NCBI GenBank assembly: GCA_964235515.1
Contig: CAXSBL010000006.1
Location: 3,186 to 67,185 of the forward strand
Reading direction: 5' to 3'
Origin: an uncultured Bryocella sp.
GTDB taxonomy: Bacteria; Acidobacteriota; Terriglobia; Terriglobales; Acidobacteriaceae
DNA: 64,000 bases
The notes under the pieces were generated by a model, which saw nothing but the letters and a program-made list of their open reading frames with translations, was not told the origin of the DNA and made no database searches. Each line of letters starts with the position of its first letter. Within the stretch, counting starts at the first letter, position 1. The translations under genes were made by a program, and so were the position numbers. This document shows positions 9,953-17,350 of this stretch, piece after piece.

Positions 9953-10555
9953 CTAACGAGTGCGCAGTGTTGAAGAGGATGGGCCCAGAGCGCGGAACGA
10001 TCCGGCAGCCGCCAGGATCTTGACGGCTTCTCCTGGCAGAAAGGGCAGTACGGCAGCAAACATTACCTGCCGCAATGTGAGATGGGCCTCGACTGCCAGC
10101 CACGCGGAACCAGCGGCGAATAAGCAAAATGTGGCCACAGTGCAGCCGAGGAGCGCTGCCGTAAAACAGGACAGCCGGCCGGCGAAATAGCGGGTCAGTC
10201 CGCTACAAATTAGCGCCACGGCGGGGTAAGCGAGTAGAAAGCCACCGCTTGCGCCAAAGAGTTGTGCCAGTCCACCCGGACCTGTTGGGCTAAACACCGG
10301 GGCGCCCAGTGCGCCCTCCAGCAAATATAGGCACAACGCGATGGCTGCCTGCCACGGGCCGAGGGCGAGCCCTACCCCCAATACAGCCAAGGGCTGCAAA
10401 GTGAAGGGAATTGGTGTGAAAGGCAAAGGAAAGGCGATGTGCGCTGCCAACGCCACGACCAGAGAAGCAAACACAGGTAGCGCAAACCGGCGCAGAGCGG
10501 CAGGCAGGGCGGATGCGGTCTCAGTCGCGGTCTCTGGAGCGGTGTGGCTAATCAT
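9953..10555 (-). CDS. bioY: Biotin ECF transporter S component
   Basis: PLPFTPIPFTLQ, GAPVFS, GGFLLAYP, PFLPGEAVK; start uncertain (10555 or 10582). Confidence 0.9.
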   Translation of the reverse strand: MISHTAPETATETASALPAALRRFALPVFASLVVALAAHIAFPLPFTPIPFTLQPLAVLGVGLALGPWQAAIALCLYLLEGALGAPVFSPTGPGGLAQLFGASGGFLLAYPAVALICSGLTRYFAGRLSCFTAALLGCTVATFCLFAAGSAWLAVEAHLTLRQVMFAAVLPFLPGEAVKILAAAGSFRALGPSSSTLRTR

Positions 10556-10920
10556 GCGTCGTACCTCTAGGATGACCGTCACGTGGCCAAATTCGGTTCA
10601 CCGTGGCGCAGTCTGCAATACGCAGTTCAATACAGCCTATTTTACCTTTGAACCGGAGCTGACGACCGATTCTCGAAAAGCGGATCCGGACGCTTTGAAT
10701 GTACGAAAGTGGCGAAGGGCTTTAGGGCACGCCATCGTGATGTTCTTCGGCCAGGTAGGAGGCAACCAATGGTTTTCTGAATGGCTCGCGGCCGACCACC
10801 CTACAATTGTCTGACCAGCAGCGACACGAGCTAGAACTACGGGTTGTCAGAGCCGGTACCGCAACCCAATTGCGCCCCGCCTGAAAAGCTTGTACGTACC
10901 TCATAATACAGTCAGAGGAT

Positions 10921-11316
10921 TTGGCTGTGCTCTCTACACCAAGCAACTCCCGCCGGGGACGCACCCCACAGTCGCTCGCTGGTTCACGCTTGCCGTTGTC
11001 TGTATGGCGTCGCCGCGCAGCCACCCTGATGGCTGGACTGCTTGCCTTAATGATGGGCTACGGTGTCATCTTTGGACACAACGGTCTGACGGCGTACGCC
11101 AACAAACGCAACGAATCCCGGATGCTGCTGCTTCAGAGTCAGCAACTCGAGCGAGAAAACAGCCGTTTGCAGGGGCACGTCGACCGACTTCAGAGTGATC
11201 CTAGCTCGATTGAGCATCAGGCTCGCGAAGAACTTCACTATACGCGGGCGGGAGAGGTCATTTATACCTTGCCAGACTCCGATGCAGCGGTACCGACGAC
11301 AGGAAGTAGCAGGTAG
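10921..11316 (+). CDS. ftsB: Septum formation initiator (FtsB/DivIC family)
   Basis: One TM segment, GHNGL, coiled coil, IEHQAREELHYTRAGEVIY. Confidence 0.8.
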   Translation: MAVLSTPSNSRRGRTPQSLAGSRLPLSVWRRRAATLMAGLLALMMGYGVIFGHNGLTAYANKRNESRMLLLQSQQLERENSRLQGHVDRLQSDPSSIEHQAREELHYTRAGEVIYTLPDSDAAVPTTGSSR

Positions 11317-11319
11317 AAC

Positions 11320-12105
11320 TCAGAGCGAGAGTAGATTCACCCACTCTGACGGATGATTGGACCAGAGATCCGGGGTCGCGTCTTTAAGGGCCTTGGGAGC
11401 CAGTCCGTAACTGCAACCCAGACTGCGAACGCCGCAGCGTCTAGCGGTTTCAACATCCACATCGGAGTCGCCGATCATGACCACTGACTCTGGCAGGATC
11501 TCCTCCCGTTCTGGGGAGGTCTGAGGCAAACGTGCATTGGCGTCCTGGATGATGGCCTGCAGACCCTCCGGATCGGGTTTCTTGGCGAAAGAGTCACCTC
11601 CATAAATAGCGAAGAAAAAGGTTTCGAGTCCAAGTGCAGCGCAGATCTCGAGAGAAGGGCGAACAGGTTTGTTCGTCAATACAGCCATTGGCAGGTCCGG
11701 GTGCCGAAAGCGAAGGTGCTGTAGCGCCTCAGCCACGCCAGGGTAGACCTTCGTATTGTCCAGCTTGTGGTCTCGGTAATATTCGAGAAAGTATTGGAAC
11801 GTCCGGTCAAACAGATCCTTTGCCTCCTCTGTGTCTGGCGAGGTGACATGGAGGCTGGCGGTTAAGGCACGACGCATGAGTGTTGCCGCACCATGTCCAA
11901 TAAAGCTTGTGATCTGAAGAGGCGAAAGTTGCCTTCGCCCTGCGTAGAGCAGGGCTGCATTTACGGAGTTGCAAAGATCCGTAGAGGAGTCGATCAGCGT
12001 GCCGTCCAAATCAAAGACCAACAAACGCACCGGTGGCGAGGGTAACTGCGGGTTGGGCTTAGGTTCGCTTACGTTCGACACCCTGCTGGCGGTAACGGCC
12101 ATCAT
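11320..12105 (-). CDS. HAD-family phosphatase (phosphoglycolate phosphatase-like)
   Basis: FDLDGTLIDS motif I, VLTNKP, KKPDP, MIGDSDVD. Confidence 0.85.
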   Translation of the reverse strand: MMAVTASRVSNVSEPKPNPQLPSPPVRLLVFDLDGTLIDSSTDLCNSVNAALLYAGRRQLSPLQITSFIGHGAATLMRRALTASLHVTSPDTEEAKDLFDRTFQYFLEYYRDHKLDNTKVYPGVAEALQHLRFRHPDLPMAVLTNKPVRPSLEICAALGLETFFFAIYGGDSFAKKPDPEGLQAIIQDANARLPQTSPEREEILPESVVMIGDSDVDVETARRCGVRSLGCSYGLAPKALKDATPDLWSNHPSEWVNLLSL

Positions 12106-12716
12106 GCGTATTTCCGCAGCATTCCTAAGACACGACCCTGGATGCTTACATTCGCAGCAGGAGCGTAGATGGGCGCCATCTCGACGTTGGAGGGTTGCAG
12201 CCGCACAAGCCCGCCCTCGCGATAAAAACGCTTCAGGGTCGCGTCAGCACCGTCCACGAGAGCCACAACGATCTCACCTTCACGCGCAGTGCGTGTACGC
12301 TCCACCAACACGAAATCTCCCGAGACGATATGTTCGTCCCGCATGGAGTCACCCCGCACCTCCAGCGCAAATACTTCACGTGCGCCAATAATGTCGCCTA
12401 GTGAAATCGTCTCTGCCGTCTCGATGGCTTCCACGGGACGACCGGCAGCTATTCGCCCGAGCAAGGGAAGACGATCCCCACTCCCGCCGCTGCGACGCGT
12501 GTTTCGTTGAGGAAGAACGTCAATCGATCGGCTTCGGTTGTGGGCACGTTGCAGCAAACCCTTTTCCTGCAGATTCGTGATGTGTTTGTGCACGGTAGCT
12601 AAGGAATTGAGGCCCAGCCCGGTTGCGATTTCTTCATAAGACGGGGAGTAGCCGTTGCTTGTGGTGAATTCGGAGAGAAAGTCCAGAACCTCTTTCTGTC
12701 TGCGCGTGATAGCCAT
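12102..12716 (-). CDS. lexA: LexA SOS repressor
   Basis: Winged-HTH with YSPSYEEIA, GRIAAG cleavage site, GDSM catalytic Ser, TLKR catalytic Lys. Confidence 0.97.
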   Translation of the reverse strand: MAITRRQKEVLDFLSEFTTSNGYSPSYEEIATGLGLNSLATVHKHITNLQEKGLLQRAHNRSRSIDVLPQRNTRRSGGSGDRLPLLGRIAAGRPVEAIETAETISLGDIIGAREVFALEVRGDSMRDEHIVSGDFVLVERTRTAREGEIVVALVDGADATLKRFYREGGLVRLQPSNVEMAPIYAPAANVSIQGRVLGMLRKYA

Positions 12717-12730
12717 TTCGCGATTGTAGC

Positions 12731-12745
12731 GAATAAAAAGCGAAC
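12731..12745 (-). promoter_or_regulatory. Probable LexA box (GTTC-N7-ATTC)
   Basis: + strand GAAT-AAAAAGC-GAAC, 14 bp upstream of the lexA ATG; one mismatch to the GTTC-N7-GTTC direct repeat known for alphaproteobacterial and Acidobacterium LexA. Confidence 0.7.
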
Positions 12746-12943
12746 TGCAAGCGGGAAGTTGATCAAGTTGGTTCTTTAGATTTCCCGAATCCGAACTGAC
12801 CTACCTGTTCCCATTTTGGGCCAGGAAAATGAGCCGACTTCACAGAAAAGCGGCCCAAGGAACACAGGATTGGTGAATGCTTAGAAAGAAGGCTGGCTGG
12901 GTGGCGCCCCTCCAGAGCAATTTGGGTACGCCGGAGTGAGCAC

Positions 12944-13645
12944 ATGAGAGTTCTTATCGTGGAAGATGACCAGGCACTAGGCAAATTCTTGTGTAAAGGG
13001 CTAGAGGTACAGGGCCACAACACGGAGTGGGCAAGCGATGGTGAGGCGGCGCTCGACGCCGCACGCCGGCAAGACCCCGATCTGCTTATTTTGGATCTGA
13101 GCCTTCCCAAGAAAGATGGCATCGAGGTTCTGGAGGAGCTCCGAACGTGGGCCACCTCGATGTCAATCGTGGTTCTTACCGGCCGCAACAATGTGGAAGA
13201 GCGTGTCAGGTGTCTCAACCTTGGTGCGGATGATTGCCTGCTGAAGCCGTTCAGCTTTCATGAGCTAATCGCGCGTTGCAACGCCATCGCGCGCCGGCGG
13301 GGCGTGGGTGCGGTATCCAGGTTGAACCATGGACCGATCGCGATGGATCTGCTCAGCCGGAAAGTGTGGCATAACGGAAAACTGATCGAGCTAACCGGCA
13401 AGGAGTTCGCCCTCTTGGAATACATGGTTCGCCGGGGGGGCGAATGCTGCTCACGGGAGGACCTTCTGCGGGATCTGTGGCAGGTAAGGGCTGAAGCTGT
13501 GACGAATGTTGTGGATGTATACGTGAACTACCTTCGCAAGAAACTTACTCCGGCCCTGCCTGAAGACGGAGCGAAGGCTCCGCTGATCGAAACGGTGCGA
13601 GGTGCGGGGTATCGGCTCACAAATCTGAAGCAAACCGCGGCTTAG
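12944..13645 (+). CDS. OmpR-family response regulator
   Basis: MRVLIVEDD, LLILDLSLP (phospho-Asp), GADDCLLKPF, wHTH with VDVYVNYLRKKL and IETVRGAGY. Confidence 0.92.
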   Translation: MRVLIVEDDQALGKFLCKGLEVQGHNTEWASDGEAALDAARRQDPDLLILDLSLPKKDGIEVLEELRTWATSMSIVVLTGRNNVEERVRCLNLGADDCLLKPFSFHELIARCNAIARRRGVGAVSRLNHGPIAMDLLSRKVWHNGKLIELTGKEFALLEYMVRRGGECCSREDLLRDLWQVRAEAVTNVVDVYVNYLRKKLTPALPEDGAKAPLIETVRGAGYRLTNLKQTAA

Positions 13646-13685
13646 ACAGCGGTCTCCTACGCAGAGCAGTAGAGGAGGATCAACA

Positions 13686-13928
13686 GTGGATCGAATTTAC
13701 GGCATTGAAGACACGTGTGCTTTGTTGGAAGAGGAACTACATAACCTCGCCCAACCCCTGACCAGCCTCCAGTGTCGGTTAGAGATTGGACTTCTGCTGG
13801 GCGACGAGGTCTCCGCGCGCGAGGCTCTGCAGGAGAGCCTGCAGGAGTTGAAACGTGTGCTCGCAGCGGTTTCGCGCATGCGGCATTCGTTGCGCCTGCA
13901 ACCCCACGCTGCAAGGCGATCGGCCTGA
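13686..13928 (+). CDS. Small protein resembling a stand-alone HisKA/DHp domain
   Basis: ELHNLAQPLTSLQCRLE resembles an H-box, followed by a second amphipathic helix; stop abuts the next ATG. Confidence 0.55.
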   Translation: MDRIYGIEDTCALLEEELHNLAQPLTSLQCRLEIGLLLGDEVSAREALQESLQELKRVLAAVSRMRHSLRLQPHAARRSA

Positions 13929-15158
13929 ATGGAAAGGTGCGAGCACGTTGTCGTCGTGGCCAGCGCTGATATCAATCTGCGCCAGAGCCTCTGCCGCAGT
14001 CTGCAACGGATGCGGTGGGAGGTCCGGGAGGCGACCGGAGGCGCGGCGGCCCTAGGGTTTCTTGAGGAGTGTCGGCCTGAGGCGCTGCTCCTGGACAGCT
14101 GCTTGCCTGATCTGGAAACTGACGCGCTTGTAGAAATAGTGCAGCAGCTCTACCCCAATGTGGACCTGATTCGTTTAGATTGCCTGCCGACCGTGCAATC
14201 GCTCAAGAGCGCGAGAAGGCATGAACTGTTGCATTCCGTTCGCGAAGCTGGGTCATCCAGGACCATGGACGGAGCCATTTGGAGCCAGCGCGCCCGGTTT
14301 ACGGGTGAGGCCAAACACTCCTCTGGTTCTGCCTCTCTGACTGACGTTGAAAAACCCTCTAGTAAGCAAGAGCCGGAGGCACCACGGTGCGTTACCCTTC
14401 TGCCGGGCATGGTGGGCGATAGCGGAGCCATGCGGGAGCTCGCTCACCTGGTCCGCTTAGTGGCCCCACATGCAGCGCGCGTGTTGATCGAAGGTGAGAC
14501 AGGGGCGGGTAAAGAGCTTGTCGCCCGTGCGGTGCACACGCTGAGCGGGCGGGAGTCTAAGCCGTTTGTGGCGCTGAACTGTGCCGCGATCCCTGAAACA
14601 CTGTTGGAGGCAGAGCTTTTTGGTCACACGCGCGGAGCGTTTACGGGAGCCGTGCAGGCACGGCTGGGCCGTATCGAAGCGGCGAACGGCGGAACGCTTT
14701 TTCTGGACGAGATTGGTGAGCTGCCGCTGGCTTTGCAGGCCAAGCTCCTGCGCTTTTTGGAGAACGGTGAGCTCCAACGCATCGGGGGCAACGATACGGT
14801 GAACGTGGATGTGCGGGTCGTGTCTGCTACTCATCAATCGTTGGAAGATCTTGCCGACAAAGGAACATTTCGCCTGGACCTATACCACCGACTGGCAGTC
14901 TTCCCTGTGCAGGTTCCGCCGTTGCGGGAGCGGATGGAGGATCTTCCCATGCTCGTAGAAGAAGTGCTGCGGGTATTGGGCAGGCAGGCACCGCGCAAGC
15001 GGATCAGCCCGCTTGCACTTCAGTGCCTGATGGAGCACTCCTGGCCGGGCAACGTACGCGAGCTCCAGAATGTGCTGCAACGAGCGGTCATTCTCTCCGA
15101 CGCCCATACGGAAATTGGCGTGAGCGATCTGATGTTTGGCCGCGTCAGGCAAAGCTGA
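13929..15158 (+). CDS. Sigma54-dependent activator with atypical receiver domain and no C-terminal HTH
   Basis: GETGAGKE Walker [21 protein letters not shown] Walker [11 protein letters not shown]; ends ~25 aa after the last AAA+ motif. Confidence 0.9.
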   Translation: MERCEHVVVVASADINLRQSLCRSLQRMRWEVREATGGAAALGFLEECRPEALLLDSCLPDLETDALVEIVQQLYPNVDLIRLDCLPTVQSLKSARRHELLHSVREAGSSRTMDGAIWSQRARFTGEAKHSSGSASLTDVEKPSSKQEPEAPRCVTLLPGMVGDSGAMRELAHLVRLVAPHAARVLIEGETGAGKELVARAVHTLSGRESKPFVALNCAAIPETLLEAELFGHTRGAFTGAVQARLGRIEAANGGTLFLDEIGELPLALQAKLLRFLENGELQRIGGNDTVNVDVRVVSATHQSLEDLADKGTFRLDLYHRLAVFPVQVPPLRERMEDLPMLVEEVLRVLGRQAPRKRISPLALQCLMEHSWPGNVRELQNVLQRAVILSDAHTEIGVSDLMFGRVRQS

Positions 15159-15327
15159 TACGCCAATCATCTGAAAGATCCGCCTTGTCGCGCCGAGCAT
15201 CACCTGGTACCTCGCGGCTGATTGGGGTGGCACGACGCGGCACGTTACGCCCGATCTAGACATGGAATGGCGGCCACAACCTTCGCTTTTTGTTTGCTTA
15301 GAAATTTCTTATCTCATGTGACCAAGT

Positions 15328-15344
15328 TTGGCATGACATTTGCT
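15328..15344 (+). promoter_or_regulatory. Sigma54 -24/-12 promoter upstream of the FliA-type sigma gene
   Basis: TTGGCATGACATTTGCT: GG at 15330-31 and GC at 15342-43 separated by exactly 10 nt; GAGGAG RBS before GTG 15381. Confidence 0.75.
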
Positions 15345-15380
15345 TTTTCTTCGTGTGTAGGCGGTTGAGGAGAGTGCCCG

Positions 15381-16286
15381 GTGGCCGTAGTCACAGAGCT
15401 TCCCAAAATATCCGCCCAGCGAGGAAGAGTGATCATGACGAATGCAAATTTGACCAGCCATTGCGGTGCTTCAGTATTCGGAGAGCTGCCTGTTTCCCTG
15501 CGGAGTGCGCCTTCTGCTGCGGTGCCTAAAACCGAGGCCAACAGCCCCTTTTTGCCGAGCGCAACCCTTTTTACGCGGGAGAGCGCCACAAAGGAGAATT
15601 TGTCTCTGGTTCGCTTTCTTGCGAGGCAACTTCATGCGCGCCTTCCCCAGCACGTCGAGCTGGATGATCTCGTCTCAGCCGGCACTGTGGGATTACTCGA
15701 TGCGGTGAAGCGTTTTGATGGTGAAAAGAAGACCCAGTTCAGAAGCTATGCGCAGTACCGTATTCGTGGCGCGATGATGGATTCGCTGCGAGCAGCGGAT
15801 TGGAGCCCGCGCACCCTGCGTCGGCAGGCACGCCTTGTTGAACAAGCGAAGCAGACACTGGCGGCCCAGGGTCTTCAAGCGCCGGATGACCAGCAGACCG
15901 CCGATCAGATGGGTGTTCCCCTGGCAACCTATCGGCAGTTGGTGAGCGATTTGAAGCGGCTGGAATTGGGCAGTCTGCAGACCGAGCGTCATGAAGATGC
16001 AGTAGAACAGGTGATTGATTCGGTTCCTGCGCCCGCCAGCGAGGATCCGCTCTTCCTTTGTCTGCAGGGAGAGACCTGGGAGTCTTTGAAGACAGCGATC
16101 GAGGCGCTGCCTGAAAAGGAACGACTCGTCTTGAACCTCTACTACTACGAGGAACTGACGATGAAGGAGATTTCGGAGGTTCTGGGCGTGGTGGGATCCC
16201 GTGTATCGCAACTGCATGCCTCGGCAGTTCAGCGGCTGAGGACCTCTTTCTGCGCGGGCACTCAGCAAGCCAGGCGCAAAGCTTAA
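15381..16286 (+). CDS. fliA: FliA/WhiG-family RNA polymerase sigma factor (sigma28)
   Basis: DDLVSAGTVGLLDAVKRFD, FRSYAQYRIRGAMMDSLRAADWSPR, LYYYEELTMKEISEVLGVVGSRVSQLH; ~65-aa N-terminal extension if the GTG start is right. Confidence 0.9.
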   Translation: MAVVTELPKISAQRGRVIMTNANLTSHCGASVFGELPVSLRSAPSAAVPKTEANSPFLPSATLFTRESATKENLSLVRFLARQLHARLPQHVELDDLVSAGTVGLLDAVKRFDGEKKTQFRSYAQYRIRGAMMDSLRAADWSPRTLRRQARLVEQAKQTLAAQGLQAPDDQQTADQMGVPLATYRQLVSDLKRLELGSLQTERHEDAVEQVIDSVPAPASEDPLFLCLQGETWESLKTAIEALPEKERLVLNLYYYEELTMKEISEVLGVVGSRVSQLHASAVQRLRTSFCAGTQQARRKA

Positions 16287-16354
16287 GCTGATGGGTCCAG
16301 CGCTGCTGGCGACGAGCCTAATTGTTAGGTTGTCGAAAAATCTGGCCTAGTTGC

Positions 16355-16381
16355 TAATGTTTTCGAGTTTGTGGCCGTTAA
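16355..16381 (+). promoter_or_regulatory. Sigma28-type promoter
   Basis: TAAT-N15-GCCGTTAA versus consensus TAAA-N15-GCCGATAA; one mismatch per box, exact spacing. Confidence 0.65.
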
Positions 16382-16401
16382 TACAAGGAGAGAGGCCATG
16401 A

Positions 16402-16608
16402 ATGAACAAAGGTCCGGTACAGCCAAAGATGGAAACGGTCGAGCTAGCCCTGGAAGCGCGGGAACTTCGCTCCAGGTGCCTTGCTGAGTTGAAGGAGCGA
16501 GTGCAGCAGGGTTTCTACAACATACCCTCGCACGCGCTTGCCGAAAAGCTTCTGCTCGCGGCGCTGCAGGAGTGTCGGGCCGGAGGTTTAATCGGGCCGG
16601 AGGTTTAA
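16402..16608 (+). CDS. FlgM-like anti-sigma28 factor
   Basis: RSRCLAELKERVQQGFYNIPSHALAEKLL matches the FlgM C-terminal pattern (R..l..lk..i..G.Y.v....iA.kll); directly after fliA, with AGAGG RBS. Confidence 0.65.
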   Translation: MNKGPVQPKMETVELALEARELRSRCLAELKERVQQGFYNIPSHALAEKLLLAALQECRAGGLIGPEV

Positions 16609-16801
16609 GTGATGCCAAGCAAGGCGGGAGCTATGCAGGTAGCAAGTCGGGCAGTGAAAGTCCGGCGGAAGGCCTGCTGCCGGCTGATGCAGACTGCTCC
16701 AGCATCGGAATCGTTCTAAAATCCAGCGGTCGTACGTGATAGGCTGACTACTGGACACTGAGTGAAGTGACAAGAATATAGAAACAGGAGCAAGAAGCGC
16801 T

Positions 16802-17068
16802 GTGTTGGCACCTGCAAAGAAAATCGACATTATCGGTAAATTTCGCACCCATGACTCGGATACGGGAAGTCCTGAGGTGCAGATTGCGATTCTCAGTGAG
16901 CGTATTGGCGAACTGACGGAGCATTTTAAGACACACAAGAAGGATCATGGCTCGCGTCGTGGGCTTTTGATGCTGGTTTCCAAGCGCCGGCGCCTTCTGG
17001 ATTATCTCAAGACGACGGATGGTGATCGCTATCGCGAAGTGATCGGCAAACTGGGCATCCGTAAGTAG
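16802..17068 (+). CDS. rpsO: 30S ribosomal protein S15
   Basis: [42 protein letters not shown]. Confidence 0.98.
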   Translation: MLAPAKKIDIIGKFRTHDSDTGSPEVQIAILSERIGELTEHFKTHKKDHGSRRGLLMLVSKRRRLLDYLKTTDGDRYREVIGKLGIRK

Positions 17069-17350
17069 TGCGAAGGCCGGAAGCATGGCGTACCGGCGCG
17101 GGAGTGCAGGATGTTGCGACACCTTCAATCGCGCGGGCGAGGCCATCCGGAGGTCCGACCTACTACACCTGCCGGCCTGCTGGCTCGGCCGTCATGAACT
17201 CCGATCGTGATGACAGTAGATCTCGTACACGACCCCGCCCGGCTACGGCTTGCGGGGTTTCAGCGTTTGCAATATCGGCAGGATGTGGTTCCTGAGCGTG
17301 GGATCGCAACAATGTAGAGTTTTGAGACAGAAGAAGCAAAGGAAGATTCT

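Noticed and set aside
15229-15255. TGGCACG and CGGCACG as further sigma54 sites
   Set aside because: No GC at the required 10-nt spacing.
16700-16800. Possible S15 autoregulatory leader of rpsO
   Set aside because: Plausible by position, but I cannot support a specific structure by eye.
17069-17350. Structured rpsO-pnp spacer (TGTTGCGA/TCGCAACA long-range pairing) as an RNase III site or sRNA
   Set aside because: Only short stems are visible, and a structured pnp leader is expected rather than novel.
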